From positions 622,686 to 686,685 of the forward strand of contig OZ253672.1 of assembly GCA_965263365.1 (NCBI GenBank): DNA of 64,000 bases. The letters run 5' to 3'. Source of the DNA: Paracoccaceae bacterium. Its GTDB lineage: Bacteria; Pseudomonadota; Alphaproteobacteria; Rhodobacterales; Rhodobacteraceae. Shown here piece after piece: positions 1-8,996 of this stretch (within the stretch, counting starts at the first letter, position 1; each line of letters opens with the position of its first letter). The translations under genes were made by a program, and so were the position numbers. The notes under the pieces were generated by a model that saw only the letters and a program-made list of their open reading frames with translations, searched no databases and was not told where the DNA came from.

Positions 1-170
1 CAAATTGAGGTTTGCCTAAGATTATCAACTTTACTGACGAATTAGTGAAGGTATCTTTAATATACCAACTAATTTTATATTATCACTTTTAATTAACTTT
101 AATTAAATTGCCTAAGAACTCGAGCGTTTAAGGTAAAGGGTAGTGATAAGAGACCGAGTGTTGAGATCAT

Positions 171-1109
171 ATGCCGTTTTATTTTAATGAAATTGCGTTT
201 CGGGGTGGGGCAACAAGAGACTTTGCCGAGGTTGCGATCCCTGTTGGTGCTGATCCTTCTACTGTCGTAATATATCATTACGATACCGATGGAAGTATTC
301 AAGCCACCTATAATCTTGGTGATTTTACACCAATAGCCACTACGGGAGGGCATGATTTATATCACATCGATGTTTTTGCACTTAACATCCACGATGGTTT
401 GGCAATTGTCGTTGATGGCGCGCCACAAGAATTTTTTGCATTTAGTGGCGCTATGGCGACTCCGACAGAGGGACCTTATGATGGCATAGATCCAGTGTTG
501 TTGGGAACGGCTACTAATGGAAGTCAGAGTTTTCAGCGACAACCCGATGGATCATTCGCAGTGGGAACCCGGACTGAGGCGGCAGGTCCTTACACGGTTT
601 TACCATGTTTTTTAAAAGGCACGCCCATATGCGCGCAAGGTGGAAAGCACAAGCGTATTGAAAATCTGAATAAGGGTGATTTGGTTAAGGCTAAAAATAA
701 TCACTTACAACCAATCGCCATGATCGCAAAATCGTCCATCCGTCATGATGACCCGGGTTATGTGAAAAATTTACCCATTTGCATTTTCGCTCACGCGCTT
801 GGAAAAAACAACCCGTCAATTGATGTGTACGTTTCGCCAAATCACCGCATATTACTACGCAATGGGCAGTTTATCACAGACTTTAATTCAAGACATATAT
901 TGGTGCCTGCTCGATATTTGATTGGATATAATGGGGTCAAAAAGGTGCTTCCCGAAGATCAGAATATTCATTATTTTTATCTCATTTTAGAAAGTCACGA
1001 AGTTGTCGAAACTAAAGGCATGCTCTCAGAGACTTTTTACTTGGACGAATACTCAGTGCAGAGGTTGCGCGATTTAGACAAAAAACGGCTGGAAAAGCTC
1101 TTGTTTTAA
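171..1109 (+). CDS. LTD-like N-terminal domain + Hint (Hedgehog/intein-like, BIL/Hint_2-type) domain protein; possibly shortened by an in-frame TAA
   Basis: 312-aa ORF. The C-terminal half has Hint-superfamily blocks: Cys-initiated CFLKGTPI, GDLV, SPNHRILL, and HYFYLILESHEVVETKGMLSETF. The N-terminal ~100 aa (FNEIAFRGG..DFAEVAIPVGADPS..VIYHYDTDGS) resembles lamin-tail-like domains of secreted nucleases. A paralogous Hint module lies at 61790..63226. Confidence 0.75.
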   Translation: MPFYFNEIAFRGGATRDFAEVAIPVGADPSTVVIYHYDTDGSIQATYNLGDFTPIATTGGHDLYHIDVFALNIHDGLAIVVDGAPQEFFAFSGAMATPTEGPYDGIDPVLLGTATNGSQSFQRQPDGSFAVGTRTEAAGPYTVLPCFLKGTPICAQGGKHKRIENLNKGDLVKAKNNHLQPIAMIAKSSIRHDDPGYVKNLPICIFAHALGKNNPSIDVYVSPNHRILLRNGQFITDFNSRHILVPARYLIGYNGVKKVLPEDQNIHYFYLILESHEVVETKGMLSETFYLDEYSVQRLRDLDKKRLEKLLF

Positions 1110-1292
1110 GATAGAGGTGTGATCGATTATGACCTGCATGAGCCGGCTTGTATGTTTGTTGATGGCGAAAAAGCGAAGTCTGCAGCCAAGGTGTTTTTTG
1201 AAAAACGCGACCGTCACCTTAAGTTGAGTAAGTTTCACAAAGGCGCATAAATCATTAATATTGTTTTGATTAATTAGGTTTTCACAAGCAAG

Positions 1293-1676
1293 CTAAAATA
1301 GTCCGAGTATGGCGCCAGAAACCGCGAGACCAAGGCTTGCGTATCCTGTGTTGATGATCGAAAGCTGCACGGGTTTGCCTTCATAGCCATTGTTGAGGAA
1401 AATCCAACCACCGATCATAAAAAGGCCAATGCCAAAGCCTGTTAATGCTGACTTTCCGACGCCTTCAATGCCCGACATTGCCAGGATATGACGCAACATT
1501 CCGGTAGCAATCAATGCGACAATGGCGGCAATAATGTATGGTGTTTTATTCCCATTATTGACGTCTGTTTCGCTCAAACCCGCGGCTTTCATCCATTGTT
1601 TCGAAAGTGACATATAATAAACAGCACCGAACGCGTAGCAGGCTAAAGCGGCGATGATAACAGAAATAAATTGCAT
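1293..1676 (-). CDS. DUF1761-like small membrane protein
   Basis: 127-aa ORF with about four hydrophobic helices. The N-terminus MQFISVIIAALACYAFGAVYY...KQWMKAAG is typical of the DUF1761 family. It is the last gene of the same-strand run tsaD-gpsA-yciI-EVE. Confidence 0.65.
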   Translation of the reverse strand: MQFISVIIAALACYAFGAVYYMSLSKQWMKAAGLSETDVNNGNKTPYIIAAIVALIATGMLRHILAMSGIEGVGKSALTGFGIGLFMIGGWIFLNNGYEGKPVQLSIINTGYASLGLAVSGAILGLF

Positions 1677-1701
1677 TTGCGTTCTCTTTTACGATTCTTA
1701 C

Positions 1702-2118
1702 TTAAGTTAATTCTGATAACTCATTGATAATATTCCATTCAACCTGTGTTACGGGCTGAACAGAAAGTCGAGAATTCTTAACAAGCACCATTTCACTCAG
1801 AGTTTCATGGCTCTTAATTTCATCAAGTGTGACTTTATTTTTCAGTTCAAGAACCGCTTTTATGTCTACGCATTCCCAGCGTGAATCTTCGGTTGTTGGA
1901 TCAGGATGCACATTTTGAATAACTTCCACAATACCCATTATGCGTTTTTCTTTTACCGAATGATAGAAGAAGCCAAGATCACCGATTTTCATCAAGCGCA
2001 TGTTATTTCTCGCTTGGTAGTTTCGCACACCGTCCCAAGGTTCACCCTGATCGCCGCGTGCGACCTGATCATCCCAGCTCCATGTATTGGGCTCAGATTT
2101 AAATAACCAATAATTCAT
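1702..2118 (-). CDS. EVE (PUA-like) domain protein
   Basis: 138 aa. MNYWLFKSEPNTWSWDD...GVRNYQARNNMR...GDLGFFYHS matches the canonical EVE-domain signature. Its start forms an ATGA overlap with the stop of the upstream YciI-like gene (2115-2118). Confidence 0.85.
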   Translation of the reverse strand: MNYWLFKSEPNTWSWDDQVARGDQGEPWDGVRNYQARNNMRLMKIGDLGFFYHSVKEKRIMGIVEVIQNVHPDPTTEDSRWECVDIKAVLELKNKVTLDEIKSHETLSEMVLVKNSRLSVQPVTQVEWNIINELSELT

Positions 2119-2384
2119 GGCTTCATAAAACGTGTGATGGTAGTTGTTTGGAAAAGGCCCGCTTGGCTATAGGGATCATTTGCGACGAAATTTTCGGCAT
2201 CTTCTCTTGAAGCGGCTTCAATCACAACAAGTGAGCCGATCATTTTGCCATCGTCATCAGCAAGGGGGCCGCCAAATTCTAATTTCCCTGATCCGCGTAC
2301 ATATGCGAGATGGGCTTCACGTGTTGCTTTTCTGAGATCAAGTTTATTCGGGTGATCGATGCAATATAGCATAAAATGGGGCAT
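2115..2384 (-). CDS. YciI family protein
   Basis: 89 aa. MPHFMLYCIDHPN...REAHLAY...GGPL..DDGKMIGSLVVIEAASREDAENFVANDPY is a typical YciI-like fold signature. Confidence 0.85.
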   Translation of the reverse strand: MPHFMLYCIDHPNKLDLRKATREAHLAYVRGSGKLEFGGPLADDDGKMIGSLVVIEAASREDAENFVANDPYSQAGLFQTTTITRFMKP

Positions 2385-2388
2385 GAAT

Positions 2389-3357
2389 TTAGGTTTCCTT
2401 TTTTAAGGGGCGGTTGAGTAAATTGTTGATCAACATTTTGACACTAATTTCGTTCTGGATCAAGCGGTCAACACCTTGGCAAATCGGTAAGTCGAGCTTG
2501 TTAAGTGGGGCCTGTTCTGCAATGGCGCGCGCGGTAAAAGCGCCTTCAGTCGTTTTGCCGATATTGCCATTTTCGCCGCGCCCAAGTGAAATTCCCATTT
2601 GGTAATTTCGCGAGGTGCTTGAAGTGGCTGACAAAATCAGATCACCAAGTCCAGACAAGCCTGTGAGTGTTGCGGGTTCGATATGATATAGTGACGCGAT
2701 TTTCAGCATTTCAGCTAGGCCGCGGGTAATGATAGAGGAGCGCGCGGATTGACCAAGCCCTGCGCCAATTGTAATGCCTGCGGCGATCGCGATTACATTT
2801 TTGAGAGCGCCGCCGATTTGAACCCCGCGAAGATCTGAGCTGGCGTAAAGTCTAAGCGAGCGCGTTGACAACTGAGATTGAAGATCATCGAGAATTTTTG
2901 GGTCGCTGCTCGCAATTGACAATGCGGTTGGCAGGCCGCTTGCGATTTCTACAGCGAATCCAGGGCCCGATATCGCGCCCGTTTTGATGTTGGGAATTGC
3001 GTCTTGAATAAGGTCAGTCTGAACTTTGTGATTTGTCATATCGACGCCTTTTGCACAGGCCAAAAGGGGACGATCGTTCAGATATTTACCATTTTCTACG
3101 AGCCATTCTCTTGTTTTTTGAGCGGGTAAGACCAGTAAATTAAGCTCGGTTTGGGAAATGTCAGAAATTCGGGTTGTTGCCAAAATGCCTTTGGGTAACG
3201 AAATCTCTGGTAAGTACTTGCTGTTTCGCCTTGATTGATTGATTTCGCGGCAACATTTTTCATCGCGCATCCATAAGACAACATCGCGCTCTGCATGTGC
3301 ATAATTTGCGGCGAGTGCGGTGCCAAATGCACCGCCTCCGATTATGCCAATTTTCAT
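2389..3357 (-). CDS. gpsA: NAD(P)H-dependent glycerol-3-phosphate dehydrogenase
   Basis: Rossmann motif KIGIIGGGAFGTALA and the GALKNVIAIAAG motif, with GpsA-like sequence along the whole length. The start is placed at the internal ATG 3355-3357 (MKIGIIGGG), which gives an ATGA overlap with the tsaD stop. The ORF-track start at 3417 lies inside tsaD. Confidence 0.95.
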   Translation of the reverse strand: MKIGIIGGGAFGTALAANYAHAERDVVLWMRDEKCCREINQSRRNSKYLPEISLPKGILATTRISDISQTELNLLVLPAQKTREWLVENGKYLNDRPLLACAKGVDMTNHKVQTDLIQDAIPNIKTGAISGPGFAVEIASGLPTALSIASSDPKILDDLQSQLSTRSLRLYASSDLRGVQIGGALKNVIAIAAGITIGAGLGQSARSSIITRGLAEMLKIASLYHIEPATLTGLSGLGDLILSATSSTSRNYQMGISLGRGENGNIGKTTEGAFTARAIAEQAPLNKLDLPICQGVDRLIQNEISVKMLINNLLNRPLKKET

Positions 3358-4472
3358 GCTTTTGCTCCTTTTTTGCCAAATCCAAAGACAGGCTGCGCAT
3401 TTTGATCTATCGGCCATCGTGGACGGGTTAATAGCTCGTCGGGATTGATGCCTTCGGCGTTATATTTAATGCCGCCGGCAAAAGCGATCATGGCGGCATT
3501 GTCAGTGCAAAGAGAAAGCGGTGGCGAGACCAAATTTATTTGATGGTGTGAAAGCATTTGATCGAGATGCGCTCGAATTGTCATGTTCGAAGCCACGCCA
3601 CCCGCGATCGCAAATTGAGCTTGACGACCGGGAAAGCGTGACATGAAAATTTCAAGTGCACGTTCCGATTTTTTGGTAAGAATTTCCCCAACTGTTTTTT
3701 GAAAGCTCGCGCAGAGGTTTGCGCGCTCCTTTTTGGTGACGCCACCATTTTCGATAAATTGATCGACGACGCGGCGCGTCGCCGTTTTTAGACCAGAAAA
3801 CGAAAAATCGCAGTTGTTTTGGTTGAGCAATGGGCGCGGAAGGCTATATGCATCAGGGTTGCCATGCTTGGCCTCTTCTTCAACAAGTGGGCCTCCAGGA
3901 TACCCCAAGCCGAGAATTTTTGCAATTTTATCAAATGCTTCGCCGGGGCTGTCATCAATTGTCGACCCAATTCGAGAGAACGTGACATAGTCTTCGATGA
4001 TAAGAAATTGGCAATGCCCTCCTGAAACGAGCAATAGCAAAAAAGGTGGTTTGAGATTGTGGCTTAGACAGGGTGTGAGCGCATGGCCCGCAAGGTGATT
4101 GACGCCGATAAGCGGCTTTTTGAGGGCAAGAGCTAATGCGCGTGCGAACGCGTTGGCAGCATTGAGGCCACCAATTAATCCCGGACCGCTTGTGACGGCG
4201 ATGAGGTCAACATCTTTGAAATCCCGGGTTTGCTGTGTGACGATGTCGAGACGTTCAGCGTGCGCGCGCGCGGCGATTTCAGGGACAACACCTCCAAATT
4301 CTTGGTGGAGTGTGTTTTGCCCCTCAACAATATTGCTTAGGATTTTGCCATTCATCCCGTTCAGTTCGACAATGGCTGCGCTCGTATCGTCACATGAACT
4401 TTCGATGCCAAGTACTTTGAGATTACGATTCGGACTTGAGGTCATGGGTGCTTTTGTCTTAAAATTGCTCAA
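3354..4472 (-). CDS. tsaD: tRNA N6-adenosine threonylcarbamoyltransferase
   Basis: 372-aa ORF with VLGIESSCDDTSAAIV, GVNHLAGHAL and LLVSGGHCQ motifs of the Kae1/TsaD family. The true start could be the downstream Met (MTSSPN). Confidence 0.95.
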   Translation of the reverse strand: MSNFKTKAPMTSSPNRNLKVLGIESSCDDTSAAIVELNGMNGKILSNIVEGQNTLHQEFGGVVPEIAARAHAERLDIVTQQTRDFKDVDLIAVTSGPGLIGGLNAANAFARALALALKKPLIGVNHLAGHALTPCLSHNLKPPFLLLLVSGGHCQFLIIEDYVTFSRIGSTIDDSPGEAFDKIAKILGLGYPGGPLVEEEAKHGNPDAYSLPRPLLNQNNCDFSFSGLKTATRRVVDQFIENGGVTKKERANLCASFQKTVGEILTKKSERALEIFMSRFPGRQAQFAIAGGVASNMTIRAHLDQMLSHHQINLVSPPLSLCTDNAAMIAFAGGIKYNAEGINPDELLTRPRWPIDQNAQPVFGFGKKGAKA

Positions 4473-4504
4473 TCTGTTGAATACGTAACGAAAGCAAGCT
4501 TTAA

Positions 4505-5428
4505 ATGCAAATACCTAGTTCTCATAATCCTTTAAAGCTTGGAACTCGAACATCTCCACTCGCGATGGCGCAAGCTTTTGAAGTGCGTCAACGTTTGTGT
4601 GCACTTCATGATTGGCCTGAGAATTTTGTGCAAATTAAGTCGATGAAAACTTCGGGGGATCGTTTCACCGACCGTCCGTTATCGGCGATTGGTGGAAAAG
4701 GCTTGTTTACCAAAGAACTCGAACTTGGGCTCTATGAACAGCAAATTGATTTCGCAGTTCATTCGATGAAGGATGTTGCAACGGTTTTGCCGGATGGCCT
4801 TGCGCTATGTGCGATTTTGCCAAGAGAAAATGTGGCCGATGCGTTTGTTTCTCTAAAATATGACATGCTTGATGAGATGCCCGAAAACGCTAAGATTGGC
4901 ACGTCGAGTTTAAGGCGCAAAGCGCAAGTTTTGCGAAGTCGACCTGATTTGAGTGTTGTGGAGTTTAGAGGTACGGTCGAAACGCGCTTGAAAAAATTAG
5001 AGGCCGGCGTTGCTGATGCGACCTTTCTGGCTATGGCGGGTTTAATTAGGCTGGGTCGTCACGACTTATTTGAATCAGGTGTGGCAAAGCGCATGTCAAT
5101 TGACGATATGCTGCCTGCTGCTGCCCAAGGAGCCATCGGCATTGAGGTGCGTGAAGATGATCGTGTTTGCGAATACTTGGCACCACTAAATTGTGAGATA
5201 AGCGCAAAAGCGGTTCAAATTGAACGTGCTTTCTTGCGCGTGTTGGATGGGTCGTGCCGAACACCGATCGCGGCGCATTTTGATGGCTATCAGCTCAAAG
5301 GACAAGTTCTTTCGCTGGATGGGGCACGCGTATTGGACGGTAACTGGACGCAAAATCAATCTTCACAATTGGGAGAATGGGGTGCAAAAGAACTCATAGA
5401 CCGTGGGGCTGCAGAAATTCTTGGGTGA
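4505..5428 (+). CDS. hemC: hydroxymethylbilane synthase (porphobilinogen deaminase)
   Basis: LKLGTRTSPLAMAQA, GTSSLRRKAQ, and the cofactor cysteine context LDGSCRTPIAA. Length of 307 aa is typical. Confidence 0.95.
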   Translation: MQIPSSHNPLKLGTRTSPLAMAQAFEVRQRLCALHDWPENFVQIKSMKTSGDRFTDRPLSAIGGKGLFTKELELGLYEQQIDFAVHSMKDVATVLPDGLALCAILPRENVADAFVSLKYDMLDEMPENAKIGTSSLRRKAQVLRSRPDLSVVEFRGTVETRLKKLEAGVADATFLAMAGLIRLGRHDLFESGVAKRMSIDDMLPAAAQGAIGIEVREDDRVCEYLAPLNCEISAKAVQIERAFLRVLDGSCRTPIAAHFDGYQLKGQVLSLDGARVLDGNWTQNQSSQLGEWGAKELIDRGAAEILG

Positions 5429-6101
5429 ACAAAATACAATAATATTGACACGTACTCGTGAGTCTTCGGCGCAGATGATGGCTGATTTGAAAAGAGACGT
5501 TATAGTCGCGCCCGTTCGCCGTATCGAGTATTTTGATGATGTGGAGATTGATTGGGATTGGCCGGATTTGATTGTGTTGGCCTCAAAAAATTCATTGCGC
5601 GCACTTGAAAAAGCACCGCGTTCGCTTGAGTTTTATGTCGTGGGTGCATCACTTAGTATCGCGATGAATGATCTTGGGTTTTCGAAGCTTACCAAGTTTG
5701 AAAATATGGCGAAGCTGATTGCCGCACTTCAGCATAAGAATAAGCGCATATTGCATCTCAGCGGCCGCCCTTTTACTTATGATCTAAGCAAATATGTGGA
5801 ACTTAAGGAAGGGGAAATTCGCTCTGAGATCGTCTATCAAATGCACCATAGAGATTGGATTGAGGATGAAATTGATTCGATTAAGGAGGCTCAAAATTCT
5901 GTATTCCCTGTTTTTTCTGAAGAATCTGCGATATCGTTGAAGGTGAATATCAGTCGGTTAGAAAGTTTAGAAAACGTGCGCGTGGCCCCGTTTTCCCAGA
6001 AAATTTCCCATGTATTTGCCGATTTACCAAAACTATGTGTTTTATCACCTCCTGAAAGTTCTCAAATGGATCTTATGATCGAATTGCTCTCAAACTTGTG
6101 A
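5403..6101 (+). CDS. hemD: uroporphyrinogen-III synthase-like protein
   Basis: About 230 aa, immediately after hemC. The N-terminus IILTRTRESS... and overall size fit the divergent HemD family. Start is uncertain (GTG 5403 or TTG 5421; both overlap the hemC 3' end). Confidence 0.65.
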   Translation: MGLQKFLGEQNTIILTRTRESSAQMMADLKRDVIVAPVRRIEYFDDVEIDWDWPDLIVLASKNSLRALEKAPRSLEFYVVGASLSIAMNDLGFSKLTKFENMAKLIAALQHKNKRILHLSGRPFTYDLSKYVELKEGEIRSEIVYQMHHRDWIEDEIDSIKEAQNSVFPVFSEESAISLKVNISRLESLENVRVAPFSQKISHVFADLPKLCVLSPPESSQMDLMIELLSNL

Positions 6102-6178
6102 AAAAACACATTAAGTTTGCTTGTTCTTCAGGCGGTCAATTGATAGGTTGTATTAGATATATGTATAACGGGAAGAAA

Positions 6179-7384
6179 ATGGCGCAAGCGAAAAACAATT
6201 CATCAAAGAATGCTCAAGCTTCGAAAAAAACGGGAACTTCAAAGAGCGTTCCGGCGGTTAAAAAGTCAGAATCTCAAGCTACGCATTCTGAAAAGACGGC
6301 GACAGTTTCAAAAGACACGCCATCCAAAACGGCAAAAGATATGCAATCAACCCCAGCGAGTTCGCCACAAGCTCGCAAAGACTCAAAGAACTCTCCGGCA
6401 AGTGAATTCCAAAAAGATCGCGGTAAGCGCGGCCTTGGATTAGGGGGAGGCCTTGCCCTTTTGTTGGCAGGTGGCATTGGCGGCGTCGTTGCCGCGCCGC
6501 ACGTTGCACCAATGACACCGGAGCCAATTGCAAAATATTTGCAAGCGCCTTCCATCGTCGATATAAGTGCATTTGAAGAACAGACCACTGCGCTCAATAC
6601 TGGCCTTGCTGATGTCCTAGGGCGTGTTGAAGAACTGGAACAAGCTAAGTCAAATGGTTCTACGGATGACGCGGTGCTTGCCGAAGTTCAAGAACAACTT
6701 CAGAGTTTTCAAACAGAAATCGACGAAAAGCTGACTTCAGCCGCTATTGTTGATGGCGAAATTGATTTGAGTGGAATTCAAGCAGAGATCGAGTCGCTGC
6801 GCGCGCAAAATGAGGAAATGCGTGCACAAATTGACACAGGCATGCAAGAAGCGACAGCGGAAGTTACGGCAGCGGAAGATCGCGTTCAGCTTGCCGAAGC
6901 GCGCGCAGCACTCACCGACCTTAAGTTAGGTGTCGAAAGTGGCGGAGATGTTATCGGCGCGATAGGCGCACTTGAAGCAACAGGACTTGAAGTTCCTGAA
7001 GCGCTCGCGGGGGCAACAGATGGCGTGATGTCAGTCGGCAAGCTTCAGGAAAGTTTTGGCGGGTTTGCCATTGAGGCAATTCGGGCGTCAATGCGCGCGA
7101 CCTCTTCTGAGGGCCAAGGTTTTTTGAGCAGTTTAACGTCTCGCGTAAGTGCGTCTTTCGCCGGTCGATCGACAACGCCACAAGAAGGGTTTACGCCTGA
7201 TGCGATATTATCGCGGGCGGAAGGCCATCTTCGTAATGCCGATATTTTGACTGCGCTTGAAGAGATGGAAGGCCTTCCGAGTGAAGCTCTTGAAGTTGTG
7301 CAGCCCTGGATAACGGATGCGCAAAAACGCCTCGACTACGATAATGCACTTGCAACGCTCGAAGCAAGTTTGGGACAAGAATAG
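6179..7384 (+). CDS. alphaproteobacterial mitofilin/Mic60-like membrane protein
   Basis: K/S/T/A-rich low-complexity N-terminus, one TM segment (GLGLGGGLALLLAGGIGGVVAA), a long E/Q/A-rich coiled coil and a conserved-looking C-terminal ~60 aa. It lies between the hemD-like and hemY-like genes, the position reported for alpha-Mic60 homologues. Start is uncertain (GTG 6098 overlapping the hemD stop, or ATG 6179). Confidence 0.6.
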   Translation: MAQAKNNSSKNAQASKKTGTSKSVPAVKKSESQATHSEKTATVSKDTPSKTAKDMQSTPASSPQARKDSKNSPASEFQKDRGKRGLGLGGGLALLLAGGIGGVVAAPHVAPMTPEPIAKYLQAPSIVDISAFEEQTTALNTGLADVLGRVEELEQAKSNGSTDDAVLAEVQEQLQSFQTEIDEKLTSAAIVDGEIDLSGIQAEIESLRAQNEEMRAQIDTGMQEATAEVTAAEDRVQLAEARAALTDLKLGVESGGDVIGAIGALEATGLEVPEALAGATDGVMSVGKLQESFGGFAIEAIRASMRATSSEGQGFLSSLTSRVSASFAGRSTTPQEGFTPDAILSRAEGHLRNADILTALEEMEGLPSEALEVVQPWITDAQKRLDYDNALATLEASLGQE

Positions 7385-7394
7385 GAATTAAATC

Positions 7395-8849
7395 ATGATT
7401 ATGACACTCATTCGTTTGGTAACGTTGATGGCGATTGTGGGAGCAGTGGCTTTCGGATTTTATTGGTTGAGTGGGCTCGAAGGCGAAGTTTTGTTTCGTT
7501 TTGGCGAGCGTGAAATTCCAGTGTCGCTTTTAAATGCTGTGATTGCACTCATTGTGCTTATGGTAGCGTTCTGGATATTTATCGAGCTTGTGCGGTTTGG
7601 TTTGGCAGTTATCTCATTTATGATGGGTGATAAAAATGCCTTTAGTCGATATTTGCGTCGTCGTGCAAACCGTAAAGGTATGAATTCATTGAGTTTAGCT
7701 GTTGAATCGCTTGCGACTGGTAATGGTAGAGCGGCACTTTCAAATGCTTATAAAGCCGACCGGTATCTTGAGCAGCCAGTACTCACCGGGCTACTTGTGG
7801 CGCAATCGGCCAAAGCTGCGGACCGTCCTAAAGAAGCTGAGGCGGCATACCGAAAGGTTCTCGAGAGTGGAAAAGGGCGCTTTGCGGCTATTCGGGGTCT
7901 GATGCACGATAAACTTGTGGCAGGTGACAAACAAAAGGCGCTTAAACTTGCCGAAAAAGCGATTGCTTTGAAGCCAAATGACATCGAGACTGTGAACGCA
8001 CTTTTTGAACTTCAAGTCGATGAAAAAGATTGGGAAGGCGCGCGTAAGACGCTTCGTTCTAAGACGAAGTTGGAAAAATTACCTTCAGATTTTGTGTCAC
8101 GTCGTGAAGCTGTGATGGCACTTTGTGAAGCCAAAGCGGTTGACCAAGATGCGGAAAAAGAGCGCTATTCGGATCGTGTGATGCTGTCAAATCGGCTTGC
8201 GCCAAATCTTGTGCCAGCGGCCGTGCTTGCAGCAAAAACTAAGGCTGAAGCTGGTGATGTGCGAGGCGCGGACCGTGTACTGGTGAAAGCTTGGAATGCA
8301 GAACCGCATCCTGACATCTCGAAAGCCTATGCCGAACTTTCGCCCAACGAAACGCCCGAGGAGCGTTTGAAACGTTTTCGTGTGTTAACAAAGCGTCAAT
8401 CTAAGCATCCTGAAACGCGGATGTTGTTGGCTGAATTACTATTGGCTGTTGAAGATTTCCCTGGAGCGCGTCGCGCCTTGGGCGATGTTGAGGAACTAAG
8501 CGAAACTTCGCGCTCGCTATCGATATTGGCAGCGATCGAACACGGCGAGGGAGCCGATAGCGCAATCGTTCGGGCATATTTGGCACGTGCGGCTAATGCT
8601 TCGCGCGGCCCGCAGTGGGTATGCAATCATTGTGGTCACGTTCATTCTGAGTGGGTTTCAGATTGTATAAATTGCGAGCGCTTTGATACGCTTGATTGGA
8701 AATTACCTCCCGAAGCTAAAGATGATCATCGTGGATTAGGTGTGCTGATGCCACTTCTTGATGTTGATAAAAGTGAGAGCAAAGATCAAGAAGCGAAAGA
8801 TATTGAAAAGTCTGAAATTGTCGAAGCAACTGTGATCGAGGATGCGTGA
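7395..8849 (+). CDS. HemY-like TPR membrane protein with C-terminal zinc ribbon
   Basis: 484 aa with two N-terminal TM helices and helical/TPR-like repeats. The C-terminus carries CNHCGH...CINCERF. Position after hemC-hemD is typical for hemY-like genes. Confidence 0.8.
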   Translation: MIMTLIRLVTLMAIVGAVAFGFYWLSGLEGEVLFRFGEREIPVSLLNAVIALIVLMVAFWIFIELVRFGLAVISFMMGDKNAFSRYLRRRANRKGMNSLSLAVESLATGNGRAALSNAYKADRYLEQPVLTGLLVAQSAKAADRPKEAEAAYRKVLESGKGRFAAIRGLMHDKLVAGDKQKALKLAEKAIALKPNDIETVNALFELQVDEKDWEGARKTLRSKTKLEKLPSDFVSRREAVMALCEAKAVDQDAEKERYSDRVMLSNRLAPNLVPAAVLAAKTKAEAGDVRGADRVLVKAWNAEPHPDISKAYAELSPNETPEERLKRFRVLTKRQSKHPETRMLLAELLLAVEDFPGARRALGDVEELSETSRSLSILAAIEHGEGADSAIVRAYLARAANASRGPQWVCNHCGHVHSEWVSDCINCERFDTLDWKLPPEAKDDHRGLGVLMPLLDVDKSESKDQEAKDIEKSEIVEATVIEDA

Positions 8850-8996
8850 TAATTTAAATACTCAGTCACTGCCTCGGTAAAGGTTTGCCCCGCTTTTCAA
8901 AATGACCTTCATTACGAATAGAAATGTGAATTGGGTGATTTAAGAAAATACCTCGTATTCTAGAGCATATGAAAATAGGTAAGTTTAGCGCGAAAA

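Noticed and set aside
6210-6597. Alternative-frame ORFs (77, 97 and 107 aa) within the 5' part of the mitofilin-like gene.
   Set aside because: They arise from the low-complexity, repeat-like K/S/T/A/P-coding region. The long frame continues into a TM segment, a coiled coil and a conserved C-terminus, so it is preferred.
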